The notes below the pieces were generated by a model, which saw only the letters and a program-made list of their open reading frames with translations, did not search any database and was not told the DNA's origin. From assembly GCA_964640035.1 (NCBI GenBank), contig CAZXGO010000006.1, forward strand, positions 1-57,564: DNA of 57,564 nt. The letters run 5' to 3'. Position numbers and translations under genes: made by a program. Origin of the DNA: an uncultured Chitinophagales bacterium. GTDB taxonomy: Bacteria; Bacteroidota; Rhodothermia; Balneolales; CAYWCV01. Below, in pieces: positions 8,284 through 18,181 of this stretch. The first letter of the stretch is position 1, and the number at the start of each line of letters is the position of its first letter.

Positions 8284-10086
8284 ATGGACAATTACAAAGC
8301 TCTTACGCGTAAGTATCGACCACGAACCTTTGAGGACATCGTTTCTCAGGGTCATGTAAGTGATACGCTGAAAAATGCGATCAGGGATGGTCGTTTGGCG
8401 CATGCCTATTTGTTTTGTGGTCCGAGAGGTGTGGGTAAGACGACAATGGCTCGGGTATTGGCTCGTACCATCAATGGGATAGATGAGGAGGTTGATGGGG
8501 AAGCCATCACTCAAAACCTCAACATTATCGAAATTGATGCGGCATCGAATAACAGCGTCGACGATGTGCGCACCCTTCGTGACACGGTAATTATCCCACC
8601 AGCAGAAGGTAGATATAAGGTATATATCATTGACGAGGTTCACATGCTTTCCAAGCAAGCGTTTAATGCCTTGCTTAAAACCCTTGAAGAGCCTCCAGCG
8701 CATGTGATCTTCATTTTTGCGACCACCGAGCCGCATAAAATCTTACCTACCATTTTATCCAGATGTCAGCGCTTTGATTTTCGCCGCATCAGCGTGGACG
8801 AAATCATTGGTCGCTTACGCCATATTTGCCAGATTGAAAACATCACCATCGATGACGCTTCTTTACATCATATCGCCCGCAAAGCCGATGGTGCTCTACG
8901 TGATGGCTTGGGTCTGCTAGACCAGGTGATTGCCTTTTGTGGTACTACAATTGGTATTGATGCGATGTCTAAGGCACTCAATATCGTGAGTGCCGATCGT
9001 TTGTTTGAGACCATGGACTGCGTGATGCGTCATGACACAGCCGCAGGTATGAATCTATTGGATCATTTGCTCTCCGAGGGATATGATATACAGGAATATC
9101 TGGTAGAGCTTTTGGCACACATCAGGAATCTATTTATGGCTCGCGACAATCAACTTGCGTTGATTGAGGCACCTGATGATATGCGCGTACGTTATCAGGA
9201 ACAGGCGAAAAACTTCTCTGCCGACGATCTGATGCGCATGCTTCATATTACTTTACAAGCTCAGGGCATGGTGAGAGAAGCGCAACAACCCCGTATCCAG
9301 ATTGAAATTGCGCTTCTCAAACTCATCACGATGGATCGTAGTGAGAGTCTTCAGAAGCTTATGGCTGATATAGAAGAACTCAAACAGGTACTGAAACAAG
9401 GCGGAAGTCCAATGGCTGTCGGTGATTCCAAACCCAGGCTAGAACCGACACCTGTTCCCGAACCTGTCAAGCCATCTCCAAAGCCTGTTGCAAGTAGCCA
9501 TAAAACGGAAAGCGCAGCTCCTAGTCTGAAGCCATCACCAGCTCAAGGGGATATGGATGAGTTATTTTCTTCCCCAGCCATACGAAAATCTGGACCTACG
9601 GCTCTATTGAATGAAACGAGCTTGATGGAAACCTCAGATGATGCGCAGAGTGGGCAAATCCTCCTTGATGGAAACCTGGCCTTGGCGAGTGCTCCAAATC
9701 CATCCAAGCTTGAGGGATCAAAAAAGGTTTTATTAGACGACATTCAAAATGAATGGTCTTCATTTGCAGATTATGCACGTGATCAGATCCCAGAGATCTT
9801 GTTTTATGCCATTGGTCGATCACAAGCTATTGATTTACAGCATGGTGAAGTGCTACTTCAATGCGAGGATGCCTTTACGTTTAAGCTTATTGAGGAACAT
9901 CGCAAATCACTTTCGGGTTTAATGAGTACATATCATGAAGGTTCGTTAAGTATAAAGAACGTTCTGAAAGTGAATGATCAACCTAGCACTTCCGATGATC
10001 CGTACACACGATTCAAAGCGATGTCCCGGGAAAATCCAAAGCTTCGCCTCATCGTGGATCTTTTTGGTGCAGAATTGGAATATTAA
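8284..10086 (+). CDS. dnaX: DNA polymerase III subunit gamma/tau
   Basis: AAA+ clamp-loader motifs (FCGPRGVGKTTMARVLA, IIDEVHMLS, TLEEPP, SRCQRF), a Pro-rich linker and a tau-type C-terminal domain. Confidence 0.95.
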   Translation: MDNYKALTRKYRPRTFEDIVSQGHVSDTLKNAIRDGRLAHAYLFCGPRGVGKTTMARVLARTINGIDEEVDGEAITQNLNIIEIDAASNNSVDDVRTLRDTVIIPPAEGRYKVYIIDEVHMLSKQAFNALLKTLEEPPAHVIFIFATTEPHKILPTILSRCQRFDFRRISVDEIIGRLRHICQIENITIDDASLHHIARKADGALRDGLGLLDQVIAFCGTTIGIDAMSKALNIVSADRLFETMDCVMRHDTAAGMNLLDHLLSEGYDIQEYLVELLAHIRNLFMARDNQLALIEAPDDMRVRYQEQAKNFSADDLMRMLHITLQAQGMVREAQQPRIQIEIALLKLITMDRSESLQKLMADIEELKQVLKQGGSPMAVGDSKPRLEPTPVPEPVKPSPKPVASSHKTESAAPSLKPSPAQGDMDELFSSPAIRKSGPTALLNETSLMETSDDAQSGQILLDGNLALASAPNPSKLEGSKKVLLDDIQNEWSSFADYARDQIPEILFYAIGRSQAIDLQHGEVLLQCEDAFTFKLIEEHRKSLSGLMSTYHEGSLSIKNVLKVNDQPSTSDDPYTRFKAMSRENPKLRLIVDLFGAELEY

Positions 10087-10094
10087 TTTAGCGT

Positions 10095-10436
10095 ATGATG
10101 AATAACATGGCCGATATGTTCGGCAAAATCCAGGAAATGCAAACTAAGATGGCTGAGATGAAAGCCAAATTAGGTGAATTACAGGTCAGTGCCGATTCGG
10201 GTGGAGGGATGGTTAAGGCCACAGTGAATGGAAACCGCGAGTTGCTCCATATCCATATTGACCCCGCTCTATTAACCGATGATGACCTTGAGATGGCCGA
10301 GGATCTTGTCGTTGCAGCTGTAAATAAAGCGATGCGCGAAGCCGAAAAAACGGCACAACAGAAGATGGCGGAGCTCACCTCGGGACTCCTACCTGGTGGA
10401 TTGCCAGGTATGGACCTCAGTAAATTTGGCCTGTAA
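10095..10436 (+). CDS. ybaB: Nucleoid-associated protein YbaB/EbfC
   Basis: 113 aa with MFGKIQEMQTKMAEMKAKLGEL...GGGMVKATVNGNRELLHIHIDPAL. It sits in the conserved dnaX-ybaB-recR order. Confidence 0.9.
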   Translation: MMNNMADMFGKIQEMQTKMAEMKAKLGELQVSADSGGGMVKATVNGNRELLHIHIDPALLTDDDLEMAEDLVVAAVNKAMREAEKTAQQKMAELTSGLLPGGLPGMDLSKFGL

Positions 10437-10441
10437 GGCCC

Positions 10442-11044
10442 ATGCAGCTCACTTCCGAAACCTTAGAACGCGCCATCGAAGCCCTGGCTAAACTACCAGG
10501 TATAGGCAGAAAATCAGCCCAAAGGGTCGCTATGTACCTGATTAAGCAAAGTCCTGAATATGTTCAGCATCTTACAGACTCTGTCAATGCGTTAAAAAAG
10601 AGTATTAAGCATTGTTCTCGATGTTACAACATCACCGACGAAGATCCTTGTCGAATCTGCATGAACGACAAGAGAGACCCATCCCTGGTGTGTGTTGTCG
10701 AAGAAACGAAGGATGTTTATGCGGTCGAAAAAACGAATCAATATCGGGGGATGTATCACGTGTTAGGTGGAGTTATCTCACCCTTAGATCATGTGGGTCC
10801 ATCGGATTTACGCATCCGCGAGCTGGTTGAACGCGTAGGGACCGATGAACGTATCAAGGAAATTATCCTAGCCTTGAATCCGGATGCGGAGGGAGAGGCA
10901 ACGTCCTATTATATCCAAAAACTGCTTCAGGCATTCGACATTAAAATTACCCGAATCGCTCAGGGAATACCCATGGGATCAGAGCTTGAGTTTATTGACG
11001 AAGCCACCTTGGGAAGGGCTCTGGCGGGAAGAGGCGGGTTTTGA
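10442..11044 (+). CDS. recR: Recombination protein RecR
   Basis: LPGIGRKSAQRVA helix-hairpin-helix, the C4 zinc finger CSRCYNITDEDPCRIC, and a Toprim region (VCVVEE...). Confidence 0.95.
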   Translation: MQLTSETLERAIEALAKLPGIGRKSAQRVAMYLIKQSPEYVQHLTDSVNALKKSIKHCSRCYNITDEDPCRICMNDKRDPSLVCVVEETKDVYAVEKTNQYRGMYHVLGGVISPLDHVGPSDLRIRELVERVGTDERIKEIILALNPDAEGEATSYYIQKLLQAFDIKITRIAQGIPMGSELEFIDEATLGRALAGRGGF

Positions 11045-11050
11045 ATAGAA

Positions 11051-11193
11051 AATCAAGGCAACAGAAAAACAAGGCATCAGATAAACAAGGCAACAATGCA
11101 TCAATTAAACAAGGGTTTTCAATAAAAGACTTGCATCGTATGTAACAAGGCCATAAGCTGCCTTGCTGCCTTGAAATTTATCTGTTCTGTTCC
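11051..11193. repeat. Family G word array (CAAGGCA / GCATCAAT words) with a short inverted partner
   Basis: The forward array is aatcaaggcaacagaaaaacaaggcatcagataaacaaggcaacaatgcatcaattaaacaaggg. The inverted partner is gccttgctgccttgaaatttatctgttctgtt. The core acaaggcaaca(a/t)tgcatcaat recurs at 54429 and, inverted, at 41691. Confidence 0.8.
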
Positions 11194-11241
11194 AAAGTTT
11201 AACCTATTTTCCAGTTCATGTTTCATATTTAAATCAGAATT

Positions 11242-13083
11242 ATGATGTCTCGAATGATTTCCTTTGCGGTGGTACTCTTTTTTGTATCAAGCCTTGTGCA
11301 GGCTCAGCCCGATCGCTGGCAGCAGCGTGCAGACTACACCATGGATGTTCGTATGGATGTAGAAACAAACCGTTATACCGGTACTCAGCGATTGGTCTAC
11401 ACAAATAATTCGCCAGATACCCTCACCCATGTGTACTATCATTTATACTACAATGCTTTCCAACCTGGAAGCGCGATGGATGTTCGATCCCTCACACTTC
11501 CCGATCCGGATCGAAGAGTAGGTGATCGTATTTCGAAATTGGGTCCTGATGAAATAGGGTATATGAAGGTACTAAGTCTAACGCATGATGGAAAAGCTCA
11601 GGCACACTCTACTGAGGGAACCATTCTGGAGGTTAAGCTAGATAAACCCATTGCACCTAACTCAAGCACTGTTTTTGAGATGGAGTTTGAAGCACAGGTT
11701 CCACTACAAATACGTCGTGCTGGACGTGATAATGCCGAAGGTATACGCTACTCTATGTCTCAATGGTATCCTAAAATGGCCAATTATGATTACATGGGAT
11801 GGCATCCGAATCCGTACATTGCACGCGAGTTTTATCCCATTTTTGGTGATTTTGAAGTAAAACTTACCATCGATAGTTCCTATGTGGTAGCTGGGACCGG
11901 GTATTTGCAAAATGGTCAGGAGATAGGCCATGGATATGAAGACAGCTCTAAACCGGTGAAGCGTGCAAATAGTAAAGAGCTTACCTGGCATTTTAAATCC
12001 CCGAATGTTCCTGATTTCATGTGGGCGGCCGATCCTGATTACGTACACGTAACCTATCAGATGGAAAATGGCCCACTATTACGATTTTTCTATCAGCCTG
12101 GCGATCAAACCTCGAACTGGAAGAATCTACCGGAGCCAACAGCGAAAGCGTTTGAGATCATGAACCGCCGATTTGGTGTGTATCCTTACAAAGAGTACTC
12201 CGTGATTCAGGGGGGCGATGGCGGGATGGAGTATCCTATGGGAACTCTCATCACCGGACATCGTCCATTTGGAAGTCTACTCGGTGTTACGGTTCACGAA
12301 CTCGTACACAGTTGGTACCAGTGTGTATTGGCTTCTAACGAAAGTTTAGTTGCCTGGATGGATGAAGGCTTCACCAGTTATGCCTCAGCGATTGTGATGA
12401 ATGAGATCAATGGTCCGGCAGGAGCCGACGTACACGGCGGTTCGTATCGCAGCTATTACGGTATTGTTCGCTCGGGTCGCGAAGAGGCAATGATTACACA
12501 CGCCGATCATTTTAATACCAATGCAGCCTACAGCACGGCTGCCTATGGCAAAGGTGCTGTTTTCCTCCAACAATTGGGTTATGTCATTGGTCAGGAAGCT
12601 CTAGATCGTGGTATGATGAATTACTATAACACCTGGAAATTTAAACATCCAAACGCGAACGATTTTATTCGGGTGATGGAAAAAGAAAGCGGGATGGTAC
12701 TCGACTGGTACATCGATTATTTTGTGAACTCGACGCATACGATAGATTACGCTATCGAGTCGGTTACTGCCGAACAAGGTATGACCCAAGTGGTTCTTAA
12801 GCGAAATCAAAAGATGGTTATGCCGGTCGATCTTCTGGTTGAATTTTCTGATGGAAGGAAGGAATTGTTCTATATACCTCTGGATCTGATGCGTGGAGAA
12901 AAGCCAGTTGAAGATCCTTCTGTCAGACGTACAATCCTTCCAGATTGGACATGGGTTAACCCTACCTATACAATAATGATACAAGGTAGCCCTGAATCAA
13001 TAAAAGGGATCCAGATTGACCCAAGCAGACGTATGGCAGATATCGAGCAAGGAAATAATAGCTATCCTGCCGAGGTCAAATAG
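11242..13083 (+). CDS. M1 family metallopeptidase (secreted)
   Basis: Signal peptide, then the gluzincin motif HELVHSWY with a downstream WMDEGFTSY glutamate. Confidence 0.85.
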   Translation: MMSRMISFAVVLFFVSSLVQAQPDRWQQRADYTMDVRMDVETNRYTGTQRLVYTNNSPDTLTHVYYHLYYNAFQPGSAMDVRSLTLPDPDRRVGDRISKLGPDEIGYMKVLSLTHDGKAQAHSTEGTILEVKLDKPIAPNSSTVFEMEFEAQVPLQIRRAGRDNAEGIRYSMSQWYPKMANYDYMGWHPNPYIAREFYPIFGDFEVKLTIDSSYVVAGTGYLQNGQEIGHGYEDSSKPVKRANSKELTWHFKSPNVPDFMWAADPDYVHVTYQMENGPLLRFFYQPGDQTSNWKNLPEPTAKAFEIMNRRFGVYPYKEYSVIQGGDGGMEYPMGTLITGHRPFGSLLGVTVHELVHSWYQCVLASNESLVAWMDEGFTSYASAIVMNEINGPAGADVHGGSYRSYYGIVRSGREEAMITHADHFNTNAAYSTAAYGKGAVFLQQLGYVIGQEALDRGMMNYYNTWKFKHPNANDFIRVMEKESGMVLDWYIDYFVNSTHTIDYAIESVTAEQGMTQVVLKRNQKMVMPVDLLVEFSDGRKELFYIPLDLMRGEKPVEDPSVRRTILPDWTWVNPTYTIMIQGSPESIKGIQIDPSRRMADIEQGNNSYPAEVK

Positions 13084-13121
13084 CTCTCAAATCAAGGAAA
13101 TAAAGCCTTTTGTTCATAACA

Positions 13122-13153
13122 AGCCCGATTGTGTATCAATCGGGCTTTTTTTA
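13122..13153 (+). terminator. Rho-independent terminator after the M1 peptidase gene
   Basis: Stem agcccgattg / caatcgggct followed by a T7 run. Confidence 0.8.
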
Positions 13154-13236
13154 TGGTATTAAGGCCTAAAAAGCTTATTTTTTATGCTTTATGAATATCG
13201 GAGAACTAAATATATAATTATTATATACTATTCATC

Positions 13237-14406
13237 ATGTCTCAAGAAACTCCTGATTACGGTCGGCTATCGGTAGAAGCACACGCTAAAACACAAGGCA
13301 AAGTAGAGATTAGGTCGAAGATGCCTCTTCAGAATGCTTTTGATCTTAGTATTGCATACACACCCGGTGTTGCCCAACCTTGTTTAGACATCCATGAGGA
13401 TGTCAGCAAGGCCTATACCTATACATGTAAAGGAAACATGGTGGCCGTTGTCTCTGATGGATCTGCCGTTCTGGGTCTCGGAAATATTGGTCCAGAAGCC
13501 GCGCTTCCTGTGATGGAAGGGAAAGCGGTTTTATTCAAACATTTTGGTAATGTGGATGCTGTTCCGGTAGTATTAAATACGCAGGACACAGAAGAAATCA
13601 TTGCCGTGGTAAAGGCAATCGCACCCACCTATGGTGGTATCAATCTGGAGGATATTTCAGCCCCTCGTTGTTTTGAGATTGAGCGTCGTCTAAAAGAAGA
13701 GCTTCCGATCCCGGTGATGCATGACGATCAACATGGTACAGCTATCGTTACCCTGGCAGGGATGATTAATGCCATGAAAGTGATCGGACAGGAACTCAAA
13801 GATCAGCGTGTTGTTATTAACGGTGCAGGAGCTGCAGGCGTTGCGATCCTGCATTTGCTTATGCATGCTGGTGTTCAGGACGTCATCGTATGCGATAGCC
13901 GGGGTGTTCTTTCCAAAGGACGTGATCACATGAACTCAGAAAAAGATGCAATCGCGGAGATCTCTAACCGATCTGGTATTGTGGGTACTCTTGCTGATGC
14001 AGTGCGAGATTCAGATGTATTCATCGGGGTATCGCAACCTGGCACATTAACAGGTGAGATGATTGCAACCATGAAAAAAGACCCGATCATTTTTGCTATG
14101 GCAAATCCGATTCCAGAGATCATGCCGGATGAAGCGCATGCTGCAGGAGCTCGTATAATCGCTACTGGTCGCTCTGATTTTCCTAATCAAATCAATAATG
14201 TGCTAGCTTTCCCAGGAATTTTCCGTGGTGCCTTAGATGCTCGTGCTACCGACTTAACGCGTGATATGTACGTTGCTGCTGCTGAGGCCATTGCGACTTG
14301 TGTTGCACATCCCAACGAAGATGAAATCGTACCGAGTCCATTCCAGCCAGGCGTTGCAGAAAAAGTGGCGGAGGCCGTGAAGAAAGCCTGGCTTAAAAGA
14401 GGCTGA
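13237..14406 (+). CDS. NAD(P)-dependent malic enzyme (short form, no PTA domain)
   Basis: Malic-enzyme motifs: SIAYTPGVA, VVSDGSAVLGLGNIGP, GGINLEDI, MHDDQHGTA, INGAGAAG, FAMANPIPE, NNVLAFPGIFRGALD. Confidence 0.9.
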   Translation: MSQETPDYGRLSVEAHAKTQGKVEIRSKMPLQNAFDLSIAYTPGVAQPCLDIHEDVSKAYTYTCKGNMVAVVSDGSAVLGLGNIGPEAALPVMEGKAVLFKHFGNVDAVPVVLNTQDTEEIIAVVKAIAPTYGGINLEDISAPRCFEIERRLKEELPIPVMHDDQHGTAIVTLAGMINAMKVIGQELKDQRVVINGAGAAGVAILHLLMHAGVQDVIVCDSRGVLSKGRDHMNSEKDAIAEISNRSGIVGTLADAVRDSDVFIGVSQPGTLTGEMIATMKKDPIIFAMANPIPEIMPDEAHAAGARIIATGRSDFPNQINNVLAFPGIFRGALDARATDLTRDMYVAAAEAIATCVAHPNEDEIVPSPFQPGVAEKVAEAVKKAWLKRG

Positions 14407-14959
14407 TCTGATCGTCGTTTGCTTTACGAGCCTTATCAATTTTGGGCTCGGCGATAATATTGCGTTTGATGAGAAGCATCTCTGGAGAGAATCGCTTCTC
14501 ATACACACGCTTTGCAAATCCTTGCAGGGCTTTATCGCCATCCATACTGAGTTCAAAATGTCCGTGTTCATCTTCCTCGATAAAACCAAACGCACGGAGA
14601 TCATTGATAATGATATGTGCAAGCTGACCCACAACTCCGCAACTACTTTCCAGTTTTTCACGGTTTACTTCACTTTTAGGCAGGCTATGGATCACTCCCA
14701 TGATATTAAATTCTACAGAAGTAAGAGGATAGCCATTACAACCTGGGGTGAGAAGTAAATCCCATCCAGCTTGTGAATAATGAATATTAAACCAATTTTT
14801 AGCCTCTTTTACCAGACGATGGGTAACCGGACAACAAAAGAATCCCCCAGGTTCAGGCTTTGATGGAATACCCCTACTGCGATACATATTGACCAAGGTT
14901 GCCAGGTCAAGCATGTTCAGATTAACAGGATACTTAAAGCAAAGGTCGCTTTTTTCCAT
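14393..14959 (-). CDS. Hypothetical protein (188 aa), possible C-terminal winged-helix-like segment
   Basis: A long ORF 18 nt downstream of topA on the same strand. Its 3' end overlaps the convergent malic-enzyme gene by 14 nt. I recognise no family. The segment VVGQLAHIIINDLRAFGFIEEDEHGHFELSMDGDKAL looks wHTH-like. Confidence 0.55.
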   Translation of the reverse strand: MEKSDLCFKYPVNLNMLDLATLVNMYRSRGIPSKPEPGGFFCCPVTHRLVKEAKNWFNIHYSQAGWDLLLTPGCNGYPLTSVEFNIMGVIHSLPKSEVNREKLESSCGVVGQLAHIIINDLRAFGFIEEDEHGHFELSMDGDKALQGFAKRVYEKRFSPEMLLIKRNIIAEPKIDKARKANDDQISLF

Positions 14960-14977
14960 CGCTTTACCTTCCGACCA

Positions 14978-17539
14978 TTATTTTGGTTTTGACGCCTTCT
15001 CCTGTATCAATGCGGCTGCCTGCTCAGGAGTAAGTGTCGCCGGATCTGTATTCTTAGGCAGACTCACGTTGAGCTTACCGTATTTAATATACGGACCATA
15101 ACGACCATTCAAAACGGAGATTGATTCACCTGAAACAGGGTGCTTAAGACTAGCCAGACTTTCTGCTGCTCCACCTCGTTTACCGGCAGCTTTTTGGGAT
15201 AGCAATTCTACAGCTCGATCAAGATCAACGGTGAGTACGTTGTCGTCTTTACCCAACGATTTAAAGGTACCATCGTGAACTACATAAGGACCAAAACGCC
15301 CGAGTCCGGCACGAATTTCTTTTCCGGTATCTGGGTGATTTCCAACAAGCCGTGGTAGACTCAGCAAGGAAAGAGCCATCTCCAGATCGACCGATTCCAT
15401 ACTCATCCCTTTGAGCAAACTGGCCCGTTTTGGCTTTTTATTCTCGGGTGTGGCTTCACCCACTTGAACATAAGGACCAAAACGACCCGTTAGAACGAAA
15501 ATATCTAAACCTGATTCAGGATCTTTACCCAGTGAACGAGGACCCTCTTCGGCGTGCGTGATCAGTTGTTTGAGTTTGTCGACACTCACATCACCAGGCA
15601 GCATGTCGGCTGGTAGGGAAGTATTGATGACCTCGCCGTTTTCAGAATATTGGATGTAGGGTCCAAATTTTCCGACGAAAATTTCAAAACCATCCAGATG
15701 TTTAATCGGCAACTCTATTTTACGGGCATTCAGTGGATTAATCTGGGATTCCTGGATATCGATAGCGGTTTTAAGTCCCTTATCACCTTTATAATAGGTA
15801 TCGAGATAGTCGATCCAGTCTTGTTGTCCTCGAGCGATATCGTCGAGTTTCTCTTCCATTTCGCTGGTAAATCCGGAATCGACTAAATCCGGAAAGTGCA
15901 TTTCGAGTAAAGTGGTGACCGCAAAGGCGGTAAATGTAGGTACCAGTGCGGTTCCTTGTTTTAGCGCATACTGGCGATCAAGGATGGTACTGATGATGCT
16001 GGCATAGGTACTTGGACGTCCAACACCATTACGCTCTAGTTCACGGATCAACGTAGCTTCGGTGAAGCGTGCCGGTGGTTTCGTCTCGTGTCCTTTTGCG
16101 CTGAGTTCATGGCAATCGAGTGATTGTCCTGTTTTCATGGCCGGCAATTCAGACTCCTGATTATCCAGGGCTAGATCTGGATCGTCCGAGCCTTCAACGT
16201 AGGCGCGGAAAAATCCTGGAAATACGATTGTTTTACCGGATGCCTTAAAAGTGGCGGCTTCTTTTGCTGCTTTTGCCTCAATTTCGACATTAGTAAACTC
16301 CAGAACAGCATCCGCCATCTGGGTAGCCATGGTGCGTTTCCAGATCAGATCGTAGAGTTTAAATTCATTACCGGAAAGGCCGGTCTGCTGCGGGGTTTTG
16401 AAGCTGCTACCAGCAGGACGTATGGCCTCGTGGGCTTCCTGAGCACCTTTGGCCTTCTTATTGTAGGTGCGTACTCGCTCAAACAAATACTCTTTGCCAT
16501 AAAGCTCTTCAACAGCGCTTCGTGCAGCCTGAATGGCCTGCGAGCTCAAATTTGTGGAGTCTGTACGCATGTAGGTGATGAATCCATTCTCGTACAGACG
16601 CTGTGCCACTTGCATGGTCTCACGTGCACTCATGCCAAATTTGCGGTTGGCTTCCTGTGGTAAGGACGAGGTAATAAAAGGAGGTGCCGGACTCCGTTTC
16701 TCTGTGGAGGTGTTGATGTCTGTAACCTGCCAAAGCGCATTTTTTAGGGATTCCTGCAGGGTGTCGGCCTGTGCCTTATTCAACAGGATCACTTTGGATC
16801 CCTTTTTAAGGCTTCCAGTCGATTCATCGAAATCTTTCCCCGTAGCCAGACGCTGCCCATCGAGATGGGTCATCTGAGCCTGGAAGGTACTATTCTTTGC
16901 TGATTGGGGCGATAAAACAGCCAGCAAATCCCAATACTGCGCTTTTTGGAAGGCGATGCGCTCGCGTTCACGCTGTACGAGCATTTGGACGGCGACCGAC
17001 TGAACGCGTCCGGCGGACAATCCAGGGGCTATCTTCTTCCATAGTACAGGCGATACAGAGTAACCCACAAGGCGATCGAGTACCCGGCGAGCCTCCTGAG
17101 CGTTGACGAGATTCATATCAATCTCACGAAAATTCTCCAGGGCGTGCTCGATGGCTTCCTGGGTGATCTCATGAAAGACCATGCGTTTCACAGGCACTTT
17201 GGGTTTGAGCACTTCCTGAAGGTGCCAGGAGATGCCTTCACCCTCGCGGTCTTCGTCCGTTGCCAGAATCAACTCATCCGCATCAGATAGGAGCTGCTTG
17301 AGTTTCGTTACTACTTTCTTCTTTTCAGTAGAGATCACATAGATCGGTTCGTAATTATCATCCACATTGATTCCAAGAGAAGCCCATTTGTGCTTTTTAA
17401 GGTTGGCTGGAATTTCTTTCGCGGAAGCCGGCAGATCACGAATATGGCCGTAAGAGGAATCAATAGTGAATCCTTTACCGAGAAATTTTCGGATGGTTTT
17501 AGCCTTCGTGGGCGACTCTACGATAACAAGTGTGGACAT
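14978..17539 (-). CDS. topA: DNA topoisomerase I
   Basis: Toprim N-terminus (LVIVESPTKAKTIRKFLG, ATDEDREGE), the active-site region GFITYMRTDS, and repeated C-terminal GRFGPY(V/I) motifs. Confidence 0.95.
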   Translation of the reverse strand: MSTLVIVESPTKAKTIRKFLGKGFTIDSSYGHIRDLPASAKEIPANLKKHKWASLGINVDDNYEPIYVISTEKKKVVTKLKQLLSDADELILATDEDREGEGISWHLQEVLKPKVPVKRMVFHEITQEAIEHALENFREIDMNLVNAQEARRVLDRLVGYSVSPVLWKKIAPGLSAGRVQSVAVQMLVQRERERIAFQKAQYWDLLAVLSPQSAKNSTFQAQMTHLDGQRLATGKDFDESTGSLKKGSKVILLNKAQADTLQESLKNALWQVTDINTSTEKRSPAPPFITSSLPQEANRKFGMSARETMQVAQRLYENGFITYMRTDSTNLSSQAIQAARSAVEELYGKEYLFERVRTYNKKAKGAQEAHEAIRPAGSSFKTPQQTGLSGNEFKLYDLIWKRTMATQMADAVLEFTNVEIEAKAAKEAATFKASGKTIVFPGFFRAYVEGSDDPDLALDNQESELPAMKTGQSLDCHELSAKGHETKPPARFTEATLIRELERNGVGRPSTYASIISTILDRQYALKQGTALVPTFTAFAVTTLLEMHFPDLVDSGFTSEMEEKLDDIARGQQDWIDYLDTYYKGDKGLKTAIDIQESQINPLNARKIELPIKHLDGFEIFVGKFGPYIQYSENGEVINTSLPADMLPGDVSVDKLKQLITHAEEGPRSLGKDPESGLDIFVLTGRFGPYVQVGEATPENKKPKRASLLKGMSMESVDLEMALSLLSLPRLVGNHPDTGKEIRAGLGRFGPYVVHDGTFKSLGKDDNVLTVDLDRAVELLSQKAAGKRGGAAESLASLKHPVSGESISVLNGRYGPYIKYGKLNVSLPKNTDPATLTPEQAAALIQEKASKPK

Positions 17540-17568
17540 ATACGATGGGTGCGGCCAATGGCCTGCTT

Positions 17569-18042
17569 TTACAAGCTGGCGATCAGGTTGATAAGTTCTT
17601 GCCCGTGATTTTTGGTATCTACACTCTCGATGACTGCTAAAATTGTTCCATCTCGACCTACGACAAATGCTGAACGAGCAGGTCCTTCGTAGGTTTTACC
17701 ATACATTGATTTCTCAACGATGGAGTCGGTGGCTTTTGATACCAAGGTATCAGGGTCTGAGGCTAATATATAGGATATTCCCAATTTTTCGGCATACTTC
17801 TGATGCGATTTGCATCCATCTTTGCTTACAGCCATCAAATGATAGCCTTTGGCCATGATTTCTTGAGTATGATCTGCTAGGGATTTATTCTGATTGTCGC
17901 AGCTACCGGTGTTGTTTTTCATGTAGACGGAGATGATCAGAGGCTTATCTAGAAGCTCGCTCAATTTTACCGTTTCGATGTTGCCGTTACGCACGATTTC
18001 GAGAGAAAAGGAGGTGTCGATTTTTTTACCGGGAGTGATCAT
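17569..18042 (-). CDS. Thioredoxin-fold peroxiredoxin (Bcp/AhpC-TSA-like)
   Basis: 157 aa with a TxxC motif (NNTGSCDNQ) in the usual Bcp position, and redoxin-like downstream blocks (AVSKDGCKSHQKYAEKLGISYILASD, RSAFVVGRDGTI). It lies 29 nt upstream of topA on the same strand. Confidence 0.7.
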   Translation of the reverse strand: MITPGKKIDTSFSLEIVRNGNIETVKLSELLDKPLIISVYMKNNTGSCDNQNKSLADHTQEIMAKGYHLMAVSKDGCKSHQKYAEKLGISYILASDPDTLVSKATDSIVEKSMYGKTYEGPARSAFVVGRDGTILAVIESVDTKNHGQELINLIASL

Positions 18043-18181
18043 AGGGGAGACGGTTGAAGGTTTAAAAATGTTTAATGGATGGTCGAAGTTGAAGGAAAGA
18101 ACAGAAGATGTGCAAAGAGCGTTTCGTGGGGGGGGTGATCATGTGATGGTATGGCCTATCTATGTTTACGAACGAAGAATG

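Noticed and set aside
17569-18042. A possibly aberrant peroxiredoxin active site (TGSC instead of the usual TPGC).
   Set aside because: The T-x-x-C peroxidatic motif is retained in the expected position. Without an alignment this is ordinary family variation and not worth flagging.
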